A stretch of DNA of 54,328 nucleotides from Clostridia bacterium. Its GTDB lineage: Bacteria; Bacillota; Clostridia; Oscillospirales; JAAYXM01. The first letter of the stretch is position 1; the number at the start of each line of letters is the position of its first letter. The notes beneath the pieces are model-generated. The model was not told the origin of the DNA. It did no database searches and saw only the letters and a list, made by a program, of their open reading frames with translations. Made by a program: the position numbers and the translations under genes. The DNA lies in contig JAFYQP010000040.1 of assembly GCA_017559855.1 (NCBI GenBank), positions 1-54,328 of the forward strand, given 5' to 3'. Shown here one piece after another: positions 1 through 11,619 of the stretch.

Positions 1-25
1 TAGTAAATTTTAGGAGATGAAAACT

Positions 26-1216
26 ATGACTTACAACAAAAAAAGTATCGAAGATATCTCGGTAGCAGGTAAGAAGGTTTTAGTTCGTTGTGACTTTAAC
101 GTTCCCCAGGACGAGAATGGCAAGATCACTTCTGACAAGCGTATCGTTGCTTCTCTCCCCACTATCGAATACTTACTCAAGAATGATGCTGCAGTTATTC
201 TCTGCTCACATCTTGGCCGTCCGAAGGGTGAGTTCAATATGAAGTTCTCCCTTGCACCGGTTGCTGCACGTCTTGCAGAACTTCTCGGTGTTGAAGTTAA
301 GATGGCAAAGGACGTAGTAGGTGAGGATGCTAAGGCTAAGGCTGCGGCTCTTAAAACAGGCGAAGTTTTACTTTTAGAGAACGTTCGCTTCCACAAGGAA
401 GAGGAGAAGAACGATGCAGGTTACGCTAAAGAACTTGCTTCCATGGCAGAGATTTACGTTAACGATGCATTCGGCACTTCTCACCGTGCACATGCTTCTA
501 CCGCAGGTGTTGCAGATTACTTACCCGCAGTTTGCGGTTACCTTATCAAGAAGGAAATCGGCATTATGGGTGAGGCTTTAGAGTCTCCCAAGCGTCCCTT
601 TGTTGCAATCCTCGGCGGCAGCAAGGTTTCCGACAAAATCGGCGTTATCAACAACCTTTTAGAGAAGGTTGATACATTAATCATCGGCGGCGGTATGGCT
701 TACACCTTTGCTAAGGCTCAGGGCGGCAATATCGGCAACTCCCTCTGCGAAGAGGATAAGTTAGACTACGCACTTGAGATGATCGAGAAGGCTAAGGCAA
801 AAGGCGTTAACCTCTTACTCCCCACCGATACCGTTATTGCTGACAAGTTTGCGGCAGATGCTGCAAGTGACGTTGTTCCCACCAATGCAATTCCCGACGG
901 TTGGATGGGCCTTGACATCGGTCCGGAAAGTGTTCGTGCATATGCAGATGCTGTAAAGAACGCAGGTACCGTTATTTGGAATGGTCCTATGGGCGTTTTT
1001 GAGTTTGAGCGTTTTGCTACCGGTACCAAGGCGGTTGCCGCTGCAATCGCAGAGAGCGATTCTATCAGCATCATCGGCGGCGGTGACAGTGCTTCCGCTG
1101 TTAAGAAGTTAGGTTTCGACAAGCAGATGACACACATCTCCACCGGTGGCGGTGCATCTCTTGAATTCCTTGAAGGTCTTGAACTTCCGGGTATCGCTTG
1201 TCTTGAAAGTAAGTAA
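26..1216 (+). CDS. pgk: phosphoglycerate kinase
   Basis: ORF 17..1216 is full-length PGK-like ([12 protein letters not shown] near the N-terminus, GGGDSA near the C-terminus). AGGAG at 12-16 favours the ATG at 26 over the ATG at 17. It is the first gene of the pgk-tpiA-gpmI-eno cluster. Confidence 0.95.
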   Translation: MTYNKKSIEDISVAGKKVLVRCDFNVPQDENGKITSDKRIVASLPTIEYLLKNDAAVILCSHLGRPKGEFNMKFSLAPVAARLAELLGVEVKMAKDVVGEDAKAKAAALKTGEVLLLENVRFHKEEEKNDAGYAKELASMAEIYVNDAFGTSHRAHASTAGVADYLPAVCGYLIKKEIGIMGEALESPKRPFVAILGGSKVSDKIGVINNLLEKVDTLIIGGGMAYTFAKAQGGNIGNSLCEEDKLDYALEMIEKAKAKGVNLLLPTDTVIADKFAADAASDVVPTNAIPDGWMGLDIGPESVRAYADAVKNAGTVIWNGPMGVFEFERFATGTKAVAAAIAESDSISIIGGGDSASAVKKLGFDKQMTHISTGGGASLEFLEGLELPGIACLESK

Positions 1217-1258
1217 GTTTTAAATTTTTTAGTTATATACAAAGGAGAGCCACTTAGC

Positions 1259-2029
1259 ATGAACAGAAAATACCGTAGAACAATAATCGCAGGCAATTGG
1301 AAAATGAACAAAACCCCCGCAGAGGCAAAGGCACTTATTGAAGAGCTTAAGACTAAAGTTGGTAAGCAGAAATGGTGCGATGTTGTTCTTTGTGTCCCGT
1401 TTGTAGACATCCCTGCAGCAATCCGTGCAACCCGCGATGCAAAAATTTCCATCGCTGCACAGAATATGCATTTTGAAAAATCCGGTGCATTTACCGGTGA
1501 AGTTTCCGCAGATATGTTAAAGGAACTCGGCGTTAAGTACGTAGTTATCGGCCACAGTGAGCGTCGTGAGTACTTCGGCGAGACCGACAAGACCGTCAAC
1601 TTAAAGGTTAAGGCAGCACTTGAAAACGGTCTCCGTCCCATCGTTTGCGTTGGTGAGAGTTTAGACCAGCGTGAATCTGATATCACTGCAGAGCATATCA
1701 CAATGCAGGTTAAACTTGCACTTGCAGATATCACCGCAGACCAACTCCGCAAGATCGTATTTGCGTATGAGCCGATTTGGGCTATCGGTACCGGCAAGAC
1801 CGCAACCGCAGAACAGGCAAGTGAGGTTTGTGGCCTCATCCGTGCGGTAATCCGTGCAAAATACGGTGCAAGAGTTGCTCGTTCCGTTACCATTCAGTAC
1901 GGCGGTTCCATGAACCCGAAGAATGCAGCAGAACTTCTCGCACAACTTGATATCGACGGTGGTCTCATCGGCGGTGCATCCTTAAAGGCTGACGATTTTG
2001 CAGCAATCATCAACGCTGCTAATCAGTAA
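1259..2029 (+). CDS. tpiA: triosephosphate isomerase
   Basis: 256 aa with the TIM motifs AGNWKMN, IGHSERR and YEPIWAIGTG. An AAAGGAGAG RBS lies upstream. Confidence 0.95.
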   Translation: MNRKYRRTIIAGNWKMNKTPAEAKALIEELKTKVGKQKWCDVVLCVPFVDIPAAIRATRDAKISIAAQNMHFEKSGAFTGEVSADMLKELGVKYVVIGHSERREYFGETDKTVNLKVKAALENGLRPIVCVGESLDQRESDITAEHITMQVKLALADITADQLRKIVFAYEPIWAIGTGKTATAEQASEVCGLIRAVIRAKYGARVARSVTIQYGGSMNPKNAAELLAQLDIDGGLIGGASLKADDFAAIINAANQ

Positions 2030-2056
2030 AATTTAATTTTTCGGAGAGATTTATTT

Positions 2057-3571
2057 ATGAAAACTCCAATTACTTTAATCATTATGGATGGTTTCGGAAT
2101 TGCCCCCGATACAAAGGGTAACGCTATCCGTGCGGCGGCAACTCCGAATCTTGACAAGATAATGAAGGAAAACGCAATGTGCCGTCTTGCCGCTTCCGGT
2201 CTTGACGTTGGTCTTCCCGACGGACAGATGGGCAACAGCGAGGTTGGTCACACCAACATCGGTGCAGGCAGAGTTGTTTTCCAGGAACTTCCCCGCATCA
2301 CAAAGTCCATTGCCGATGGTGACTTCTTTGAAAACGAGGCACTTCTCGGTGCGGTTGAAAACTGCAAGAAAAATGACAGTGCAATCCACTTTATGGGCCT
2401 TATGTCCGACGGTGGCGTACACAGTCATAACGGTCATCTTTGGGGACTTTTAGAACTTGCAAAGAGACAGGGCCTTAAAAAGGTTTTCGTCCACTGCTTT
2501 ATGGACGGCCGTGACGTTTCTCCCACAAGTGGTGCTGATTTCGTTGCAGAAGCGGTTGCAAAATGCAAGGAACTCGGTGTAGGTGAGGTTGCTACCGTTG
2601 TAGGTCGTTACTATGCTATGGACCGTGACAATCGTTGGGATCGTGTAGAACGTGCTTATAATGCATTAACCCGCGGCGAGGGCAAGAAGGTTTCCGATCC
2701 GGTTGCCGCAATCCGTGAATCTTATGCAAACAACGTAACCGATGAGTTTATTGAGCCGATTATTTCCGCAGACGGAACAATTTCGGCAAATGATTCGGTT
2801 GTATTCTTTAACTTCCGCCCGGACAGAGCAAGAGAAATTACAAGATGTTTTGTAGATGACAATTTCGACGGCTTTGTACGTGCAGACGGCAGATTCCCCC
2901 TTTACTATGTATGCTTTACTCAGTATGATGCGTCAATGCCCAACGTTAACGTTGCATTTAAGCCGCAGTCACTTAAGAATACATTTGGTGAGTATATCAG
3001 CCGTTTAGGTTATAAGCAACTTCGAATTGCGGAGACCGAAAAGTACGCTCACGTTACCTTCTTCTTCAACGGCGGCGTTGAAACAATGTATGAGGGTGAG
3101 GATCGTGTGCTTATCGACTCTCCCAAGGTTGCAACTTATGACTTAAAGCCTGAAATGAGTGCTATTGAAGTTTGCGACAAGGTTGTGGAACTCATTTCCG
3201 GTCAGACCTATGACGTTGTTATCTTAAACTTTGCAAACTGCGATATGGTCGGCCACACCGGTATTTTCAATGCGGCAAAAACCGCTGTTGAAACCGTTGA
3301 CGAATGCGTCGGCAGAGTTGTTGAGGCAACACGTGAAATCGGCGGTATATCCCTTATCACCGCAGACCACGGTAACGCTGACTGTATGCTTGAGGAGGAC
3401 GGCGTTTCCCCGTTCACCGCACATACAACAAATCAGGTACCCTTTATTATTGTCGGTGCAAAGGTATCTCTCCGTAACGGACGCCTTGCAGATATCGCAC
3501 CCACAATGCTCGATCTTATGGGCACAAACAAGCCCGAAGAAATGGACGGCGAGTCCCTTATTATCGGATAG
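2057..3571 (+). CDS. gpmI: 2,3-bisphosphoglycerate-independent phosphoglycerate mutase
   Basis: 504 aa with iPGM hallmarks (LIIMDGFG, GNSEVGHTNIGAGR, ITADHGNA). It sits between tpiA and eno. Confidence 0.93.
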   Translation: MKTPITLIIMDGFGIAPDTKGNAIRAAATPNLDKIMKENAMCRLAASGLDVGLPDGQMGNSEVGHTNIGAGRVVFQELPRITKSIADGDFFENEALLGAVENCKKNDSAIHFMGLMSDGGVHSHNGHLWGLLELAKRQGLKKVFVHCFMDGRDVSPTSGADFVAEAVAKCKELGVGEVATVVGRYYAMDRDNRWDRVERAYNALTRGEGKKVSDPVAAIRESYANNVTDEFIEPIISADGTISANDSVVFFNFRPDRAREITRCFVDDNFDGFVRADGRFPLYYVCFTQYDASMPNVNVAFKPQSLKNTFGEYISRLGYKQLRIAETEKYAHVTFFFNGGVETMYEGEDRVLIDSPKVATYDLKPEMSAIEVCDKVVELISGQTYDVVILNFANCDMVGHTGIFNAAKTAVETVDECVGRVVEATREIGGISLITADHGNADCMLEEDGVSPFTAHTTNQVPFIIVGAKVSLRNGRLADIAPTMLDLMGTNKPEEMDGESLIIG

Positions 3572-4930
<1,359 letters not shown>

Positions 4931-4945
4931 GTTAAAACTTTAGAT

Positions 4946-4983
4946 AAAAAATCCCGTACGGTGTAAACCATACGGGATTTTTA
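4946..4983. terminator. bidirectional intrinsic terminator between eno and the convergent ATPase gene
   Basis: Hairpin ATCCCGTA(4951-4958)/TACGGGAT(4971-4978), with an A-run upstream and a T-run downstream. Confidence 0.8.
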
Positions 4984-4984
4984 T

Positions 4985-7633
4985 TTATTTGCGGGATATC
5001 AGTTTGCCGATAAAACGAACGATTTCGCCGAGAATTATAATTGATGCACCGCAGAGAAGAATTTTGCCCCACATTACGAGGGAAAGGGGAGCGGTTCCGA
5101 AAATGCTTCCGCCAAATTGTGTTATTACAAATTGGAGGACGAAAGTTGCGGTAAATACCGCAAACATAAGTTTATTGCGGAACAAGTTTTTGAAAATACT
5201 GTCATTTTCAAGTTCACGGCTATTAAACGCATTGAATAATTGGAACACGACAAAAAGTGAGAAGATAATACTTGTTTTCTCACCGTCGGTAGTTCCACCG
5301 AGAAAGTTTGTAAAGTGTTGGAGCAGAATAACCACGGCAACGTAAATGCCGTTTACAACAATTCGTGTAAGCATCTTACTTGAAACGATTGCTTGATTTC
5401 TCGGTGTGGGTGCACGTTTCATCAGGTCGCGTCGCATAGGCTCAAGACCTAAGGTAAGGGCGGGTGGTCCGTCCATAATAAGATTAATCCACAAGAGTTG
5501 AAGTGCGGAGAATGGGGATGCAAAACCTGCAATTATGGAGCCAAGCACAACAATTACCGATGATACGTTGACGGTAAGTTGGAACTGAATGAATCGCATA
5601 AAGTTATCGAAAATACCACGCCCCCATTCGGTTGCACGGACGATGGTTGTGAATGAGTCGTCAATCAAGACAACGTCACTTGCCTCTTTCGAAACCTCGG
5701 TGCCGGTAATGCCCATTGCAATACCAATATCCGCATTTTTAAGTGCGGGAGCATCGTTAATGCCGTCGCCTGTAACCGCTACAACGTTACCGAGTTCCTT
5801 AAGGGTATTTACAACTCGCATTTTAACAACAGGAGTAGAACGTGCGATTACTGCGATGTGAGGAATCGCTTCCTTGAGTTCATCATCGTTCATTTCTTCA
5901 ATGGTGTTCGCCTCAACGGCAATGTGGTCATCATCTAAAATGCCCAACTGATTTGCGATTGCAGTTGCGGTAACTATATTGTCACCGGTAAGCATTTTAA
6001 GGGAAATTCCGGCACCTCGTGCCTTTACTACCGCGTCGTAAACGTCTGAACGGAGGGGATCGGTAATGGCGACGAATCCATCAAATACCATATGGCTCTC
6101 GATTATTTCACGCTCGCTGTCAAAATCTGGGCAGGTGGTGAATTCCTTGTGTGCAAAGCCGATTACACGATGGGCCTTGCTTTGGTAGCGGCGGATCGCA
6201 TCTTCGTAACGTGCCTGATCATCATCACTTAAGTCACAATATGTGAGTATTTTTTCCGGAGCACCTTTAGTGTATGCAACGTAGAAGTCGTCCGCTTTAA
6301 TAACGGTGGTCATCTTCTTCTTTTCGGACGAGAAGGGATAGACGTGAACTATAGATGTCTCACTTCGCATTGTGCGATAGTCAAGCCCTGCCTTGCTAAG
6401 TGCTACAAGAAGTGCACATTCGGTAGGATTTCCGATAAAGTCCTTTCGGTTATCGTAAAATTCAACGTTTGCGGTACTGTTAATTGCAAAGTTGCGAGAC
6501 AGTGCATCTTTTGTTAACTCCTCAGGCTTTTTAGCACCGAGATAGTTGAAAAACTCAACAACGGTCATGCGATTTTCTGTAAGAGTACCGGTTTTATCGG
6601 AACAAATCACGTTGATACAACCGATGGTTTCACTTGCAACTAATTTTTTAACCAAAGCATTTCGCTTTGACATTTTTATGACGTTTAGAGCAAGGGAAAC
6701 CGCAACGATTGTGGGAAGTCCCTCCGGTACACAGGCAACAATCAATACAATGCTGGTGATGAATGCTTCGCTTATATTCTCGAAGTTGAGCCCGTTTTTC
6801 ATGCTGAAAGTCACAAGTTGGAGGATAAATGCGGCAATTGCCACGAAAATTCCCAAGATTGCAATAATCTTACCCAACTTTGCAAGTTTTTCCTGAAGCG
6901 GGGTGGAGGTGGAATCAACAGATGTAAGTTCACGTGCGATTTTACCAAATTCCGTCTTGTCGCCAACCGCGGTTACTACCATCACACCGCTACCACCGGT
7001 GACAAAAGTGCCGGAATAGAGCATATTTACACGGTCTGCAACGGGAGTTTTTTCATTATTTAAAACTACCTCTGCATCTTTTTTTACCGGCACAGACTCA
7101 CCGGTAAGTGATGATTCGTCAACTCTTAGGGCGGTTGACTCAATAAGTCTGCCGTCGGCGGAGAGTTTATCTCCTGTTTCCACGTAAACAATGTCGCCTA
7201 CAACTAATTCGCTTTGAGGAATAAGTTGAATTTTGCCGTTTCTGAGGACTTTCACCTGAATGTCTTGCTTCATTCGATTAAGTGCTTCAAAGGCTTTGGC
7301 ACTTCGGCTTTCCATAATTACGGAAATCATAACCGACAAGGCGATAGCAACGAAGATGCCCACACATTCAACAACGTCAAAATGTCCACCGTTTGCTGCA
7401 CGGACGGCATTTACCACAATTGCTATAATTCCTGCGAAAATAAGAAGAAGAATCATCGGCTCCTTGCAAGACTCGACTATTCTTGCAAGAAAAGATGGTG
7501 GCTTTTCACGGGTAAATTCGTTAATGCCATGTTTTTCCGCACTCTCCTTGATTTGAGTGTCGGTTAAACCTGATGACAGATCACAACCCAAATCAGAGAG
7601 AACCTCATTTGGATTTTTAAGATAAGGTTGCAT
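4985..7633 (-). CDS. P-type (PMCA/SERCA-like, type IIA) cation-transporting ATPase, possibly a Mn2+/Ca2+ exporter
   Basis: Carries CSDKTGTLTENRM (phosphorylation site), MLTGDN and GDGINDAPAL motifs plus a C-terminal TM bundle. GGAGG followed by 8 nt favours the ATG at 7633 (MQPYLKNPNE) over the TTG at 7648. Confidence 0.9.
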   Translation of the reverse strand: MQPYLKNPNEVLSDLGCDLSSGLTDTQIKESAEKHGINEFTREKPPSFLARIVESCKEPMILLLIFAGIIAIVVNAVRAANGGHFDVVECVGIFVAIALSVMISVIMESRSAKAFEALNRMKQDIQVKVLRNGKIQLIPQSELVVGDIVYVETGDKLSADGRLIESTALRVDESSLTGESVPVKKDAEVVLNNEKTPVADRVNMLYSGTFVTGGSGVMVVTAVGDKTEFGKIARELTSVDSTSTPLQEKLAKLGKIIAILGIFVAIAAFILQLVTFSMKNGLNFENISEAFITSIVLIVACVPEGLPTIVAVSLALNVIKMSKRNALVKKLVASETIGCINVICSDKTGTLTENRMTVVEFFNYLGAKKPEELTKDALSRNFAINSTANVEFYDNRKDFIGNPTECALLVALSKAGLDYRTMRSETSIVHVYPFSSEKKKMTTVIKADDFYVAYTKGAPEKILTYCDLSDDDQARYEDAIRRYQSKAHRVIGFAHKEFTTCPDFDSEREIIESHMVFDGFVAITDPLRSDVYDAVVKARGAGISLKMLTGDNIVTATAIANQLGILDDDHIAVEANTIEEMNDDELKEAIPHIAVIARSTPVVKMRVVNTLKELGNVVAVTGDGINDAPALKNADIGIAMGITGTEVSKEASDVVLIDDSFTTIVRATEWGRGIFDNFMRFIQFQLTVNVSSVIVVLGSIIAGFASPFSALQLLWINLIMDGPPALTLGLEPMRRDLMKRAPTPRNQAIVSSKMLTRIVVNGIYVAVVILLQHFTNFLGGTTDGEKTSIIFSLFVVFQLFNAFNSRELENDSIFKNLFRNKLMFAVFTATFVLQFVITQFGGSIFGTAPLSLVMWGKILLCGASIIILGEIVRFIGKLISRK

Positions 7634-7648
7634 TTCATATACCTCCAA

Positions 7649-7787
7649 TAAAAAAGACTCATGTATAGCATCACCTGCTATACATGAGTCTCGTTATTTA
7701 AGACAAGCCAGGATGCGATCAAAATTGCCGCAAGCATGATTGTTGACTTGACACGTACAAAGTACGCCAACTACTCCCCCATGAGGA
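7649..7787 (-). ncRNA. candidate yybP-ykoY (Mn2+) riboswitch with a terminator expression platform
   Basis: The minus-strand leader reads CATGGGGGAGTAG...(~80 nt)...ACGAGACTCATG. It contains the GGGGAGUAG hallmark. The 3' GAGAC plus P1 strand (CTCATG pairs with CATGGG) doubles as the 5' arm of the terminator AGACTCATGTATAGC/GCTATACATGAGTCT (7655-7691), which is followed by a U-run. This matches the Mn-dependent anti-termination (ON) design, and the element lies upstream of a P-type ATPase as in known examples. Confidence 0.65.
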
Positions 7788-7891
7788 AATATTTACTTTA
7801 TTTAAATGTAGCATAAAAGTTTTTAAAAAGCAAGAGAAAAATTTGATTTTATTGCTAATTTATTGTAAAATAAAATAATGGGGGTGAGTTT

Positions 7892-8680
7892 GTGAAACTT
7901 GGTTTGATTCAGATGCCGACAGGCCCTGATGCCCTTTCGAAAATTCGTGAATATATAGAGAAGGTTTCTTCTGCGGATATTGTCATTCTGCCGGAGATTT
8001 TCAATGCCCCGTATAGCAATGAGGGATTTCGGCAATATGCGGAACCCGCAGGTGGCAAGACCTATAATTTTTTAAGTGCTGTTGCAAAAGAGTTCGGCGT
8101 GTATCTTGTAGGTGGCTCAATCCCTGAACGTGATGGCGAGAAGATTTACAACACGGCATTTGTGTTTTCACCTGAGGGAAAAGAGGTTGCACGACACAGA
8201 AAGGCACACCTTTTTGATATAGACGTTATAGGTGGCCAAAAATTTCGTGAGTCGGACACACTAACACCGGGCGATGAAGTTACGGTATTTGATACGCCTT
8301 TTGGTAAAGTGGGACTGTGTATATGTTTTGATATAAGGTTTGCGGAATTTTCCCTTGCTATGGCGAAAAAAGGTGCCGATATTATTATCGTACCCGCAGC
8401 ATTCAATATGACAACAGGCCCACTGCATTGGGAACTTTTGTTCCGTGCACGTGCGGTGGATAATCAGGTTTTTACCGTAGGTGTCGCACCTGCGAGAGAT
8501 GAAAGTGCAGATTATATATCCTACGGAAATTCCATAGTTGTATCCCCCATGGGACAGATAATTGAGCGTTTTGATGAAAAGGCTCAGGCTAAAATAGTTG
8601 AAATTGAGCTTAGTCAGGTGGAGAGTGTGCGTACACAGATACCAACACTTTCTGCCAGACGGGAAGCCCTTTATAAATAA
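7892..8680 (+). CDS. carbon-nitrogen hydrolase family protein (nitrilase/omega-amidase-like)
   Basis: 262 aa with the E-K-C triad contexts LPEIF, HRKAHLF and VGLCICFD. GTG start after GGGGGTGAG. Confidence 0.85.
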   Translation: MKLGLIQMPTGPDALSKIREYIEKVSSADIVILPEIFNAPYSNEGFRQYAEPAGGKTYNFLSAVAKEFGVYLVGGSIPERDGEKIYNTAFVFSPEGKEVARHRKAHLFDIDVIGGQKFRESDTLTPGDEVTVFDTPFGKVGLCICFDIRFAEFSLAMAKKGADIIIVPAAFNMTTGPLHWELLFRARAVDNQVFTVGVAPARDESADYISYGNSIVVSPMGQIIERFDEKAQAKIVEIELSQVESVRTQIPTLSARREALYK

Positions 8681-8693
8681 GGAGGATAAAAAT

Positions 8694-9950
8694 ATGAACA
8701 AGGTATTAAAAACGGGTAAGATTTTAATCCCGAAAGACGCGGATTTATCTAAATGGAGTGTTGTTGCGTGTGACCAATACACATCCCAACCGGAATATTG
8801 GGATGCCGTTTCCGAATACGTAGGCGATGCACCCTCTACTCTACACATTACCCTTCCTGAGATTTATCTTGAAGGTGATGATGTGGCACAACGTATTGAG
8901 AGCATCAATGCAAATATGCAGAAGTACATTGATACTAATCTTTTCAAGGAAATTGCGGGTAAGTATATTTACGTAGAACGCACTCAGCGTGACGGTGTTG
9001 TGCGTCACGGTCTTATGGGCGTTGTTGACCTTGAAGAATATGATTACCGCAAAGGTTCACAGACTGCAATCCGTGCAACCGAGGGTACCGTGCTTGAGCG
9101 TATCCCGCCTCGCGTGCGTGTGCGTGAGAATGCAAGTCTTGAACTCCCGCACATTATGCTTCTCATTGATGACAGAGATTTAACGGTTATCGAGCCGCTT
9201 TTCACTGAAAAGGAAAATTTTGAAATCGCATATGATTTTACATTAATGCAGGATTCCGGTTCAATCCGCGGCTATATTGTGGATGATAAGGCACAGGCAC
9301 GTATTGACGCAGCCATTGCGGCTCTTGCAGATAAAGACACTTTCTGCAAGAAGTACAGCGTAGGTGATGATAAGGGTGTACTTCTTTTTGCGGTGGGTGA
9401 CGGCAACCATTCACTTGCTACTGCAAAAGAATGTTATGAGCGTATCAAAGCAAAAATTGGTGACGAGGCAAAAGATCATCCCGCACGTTACGCACTTGTT
9501 GAGGTTACCAACGTTCACGATAAGGCACTTGAGTTTGAGCCTATTCATCGTGTTGTTTTTGACGTTGATCCTGAAAAGATGATGGCTGACCTTGCTAAGT
9601 TCTATGAACTTGGAGACGAGGGACAGGGCTTTGTTGCGGTAATTGGTGACGAGAAGCGTGAGATTTTCGTTAAGAATGCACCCACAAATCTTGCGGTAGG
9701 AACACTCCAGAAATTCATTGACGAATATCTTGAAAAGAATGGCGGCCGTGTAGACTATATCCACGGTGACGACGTTGTTGAGGAATTATCGAAAGTGCCC
9801 ACAAACATTGGCTTCTTACTCCCGCCAATGGAAAAAGAGGAACTTTTCCCCACCGTTATCTTAGACGGTGCACTTCCCAGAAAGACATTCTCAATGGGGC
9901 ACGCATATGACAAGCGTTTTTATTTAGAGGCAAGAAAAATTTCACGTTAG
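8694..9950 (+). CDS. DUF1015 family protein
   Basis: ORF 8598..9950. AGGAGG at 8680-8685 favours the ATG at 8694 (MNKVLKTGKILIP...VVACDQYTSQPEYW, a typical DUF1015 N-terminus). Confidence 0.75.
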   Translation: MNKVLKTGKILIPKDADLSKWSVVACDQYTSQPEYWDAVSEYVGDAPSTLHITLPEIYLEGDDVAQRIESINANMQKYIDTNLFKEIAGKYIYVERTQRDGVVRHGLMGVVDLEEYDYRKGSQTAIRATEGTVLERIPPRVRVRENASLELPHIMLLIDDRDLTVIEPLFTEKENFEIAYDFTLMQDSGSIRGYIVDDKAQARIDAAIAALADKDTFCKKYSVGDDKGVLLFAVGDGNHSLATAKECYERIKAKIGDEAKDHPARYALVEVTNVHDKALEFEPIHRVVFDVDPEKMMADLAKFYELGDEGQGFVAVIGDEKREIFVKNAPTNLAVGTLQKFIDEYLEKNGGRVDYIHGDDVVEELSKVPTNIGFLLPPMEKEELFPTVILDGALPRKTFSMGHAYDKRFYLEARKISR

Positions 9951-9958
9951 GTGATAGT

Positions 9959-11569
9959 ATGACAACATTATTTTACAACGGTAAAATTTACTCGATGGAC
10001 GAAAATTGCGGCGTTTTTTCCGCAATGGTTGTTTGTGGCGGTAAAATTGTGGACATTGGCGACGATGGTCTTATTGAGAAATATCCGGATGCGGATTTGC
10101 ACAACCTGGATGGCAAGGCGATAATTCCGGGACTCATTGATACCCATGCACATATTTTTATGGCGGCGGACAGTGAAGGGGACGGAGAACTTTTTATCCC
10201 CACGTCGGTGGCTGAACTTTTAGATGATCTTAGGGAAAAGGTCAAAACCACCCCTAAGGGCGAGTGGATCTCCTATAAAAACACATATCCGCTTCGCCTT
10301 GATGAACTGAGATACCCCACAATGGCGGAACTTGATGCGATTGCACCGAATAATCCGGTTGCGGTGGATGGTTTTTATTCTGCACAATTAAATACCTGTG
10401 CACTAAACACCCTTGATCTTACCGCTCTGCCACTCGGCGGAAGGGTAATGACAGATAAAAACGGTAAAAGAACCGGCGTACTTCTAAATTGTTACGCAAT
10501 TTTGGGTAAATACTACAGTTCACGCAAGATAAAGTCATACAAGGATGCTATTTCCGAGGTAATGGCGGAATATAACAAAAACGGTATTACATCAACGGTT
10601 GAAGCAATGTCCAATATGGCAGGTATTGAAGCGGTTGAAGAACTGCAGAAGGAGAGGCGTCAGACCGTCAGAGTTCGTTATACAATGATGGTGCCGCCAA
10701 AAGAGAAGCACGAAGAATTCAAAAAGGTGATAAAGGGCGTACGACACGCAAACCCTGACTTTGCACGTATTTCATTCATTAAAAACACCATTGACGGTGG
10801 AATACTTACCGGCACGTCTTTAATGGACGGTGAATATCAAGGACTTTCTGAGATTTTCGGTCTTGTTGGAATTGAGGATTCATGGCGTGGAAATCTGGTT
10901 ACGGATATTCCCGTTTTGTGCGACTCTATAAAACTCGCACAAGAATTGGGGCTTCAATATGGTGCACATTGCGTTGGTACGCAGGCCGGTCGCAAATTAC
11001 TTGCGGCATATAAACAGGCAGGAAATACCGAGGGGCAGCGTCACACACTGCTTCACGCGGATTTTATGGCAGGGGATATGATTGAGGCGGCAAAGGATAT
11101 GGATATAACAATCCTTTTCCAACCCGCCTGGCATTATATGGACGCACCCCATCTTGGTAAGATACTAAACCATCGTGAGTGTAAGTATTTTATGCCTTAT
11201 GCTGATATGTTAAACTCCGGTGTTCATATGGCGGCGGGTAGTGACCATATGGTAAAGTACGACTCAATGAAATCGGTGAACCCGTACCATCCCTTTGTGG
11301 CCCTTTATAATATGGTTACCTGTATTGCCCGTGACGGGAAGGCATATGGCGAGGGCCAAAAAATCACCAGACAAGATGCGCTTCTTACCTACACAAGGTA
11401 TGCGGCGTGGTCACTTTTCGATGAGGATTTGGTCGGCTCTTTAAAACGCGGAAAACGGGCGGATTTTCTTATTTTAGATCGTGACTACTTCACGTGTGAT
11501 GAAAATGAAATTCCGAATATTAAACCGCTTAGAACCTACGTTGACGGCGTATGCGTGTATAGTAAATAA
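9959..11569 (+). CDS. metal-dependent amidohydrolase (amidohydrolase-3 type)
   Basis: 536 aa with PGLIDTHAHIF (HxH metal site) and a C-terminal ADFLILD motif typical of this family. Confidence 0.8.
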   Translation: MTTLFYNGKIYSMDENCGVFSAMVVCGGKIVDIGDDGLIEKYPDADLHNLDGKAIIPGLIDTHAHIFMAADSEGDGELFIPTSVAELLDDLREKVKTTPKGEWISYKNTYPLRLDELRYPTMAELDAIAPNNPVAVDGFYSAQLNTCALNTLDLTALPLGGRVMTDKNGKRTGVLLNCYAILGKYYSSRKIKSYKDAISEVMAEYNKNGITSTVEAMSNMAGIEAVEELQKERRQTVRVRYTMMVPPKEKHEEFKKVIKGVRHANPDFARISFIKNTIDGGILTGTSLMDGEYQGLSEIFGLVGIEDSWRGNLVTDIPVLCDSIKLAQELGLQYGAHCVGTQAGRKLLAAYKQAGNTEGQRHTLLHADFMAGDMIEAAKDMDITILFQPAWHYMDAPHLGKILNHRECKYFMPYADMLNSGVHMAAGSDHMVKYDSMKSVNPYHPFVALYNMVTCIARDGKAYGEGQKITRQDALLTYTRYAAWSLFDEDLVGSLKRGKRADFLILDRDYFTCDENEIPNIKPLRTYVDGVCVYSK

Positions 11570-11572
11570 GAA

Positions 11573-11615
11573 AACTCCTCGATTAAAAAGGCCAACAGCC
11601 TTTGGTCGAGGAGTT
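11573..11615. terminator. long hairpin / bidirectional terminator
   Basis: AACTCCTCGA(11573-11582)/TCGAGGAGTT(11606-11615) with an inner AAGGC/GCCTT stem. It lies between convergent genes. Confidence 0.6.
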
Positions 11616-11619
11616 AATT

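Noticed and set aside
766-1893. 375-aa minus-strand ORF across pgk/tpiA, plus similar antisense ORFs over eno, the ATPase, the kinase and others
   Set aside because: These are antisense to strongly supported conserved genes, they cross an intergenic region, and they have no start-site signals. They are artefacts of codon bias.
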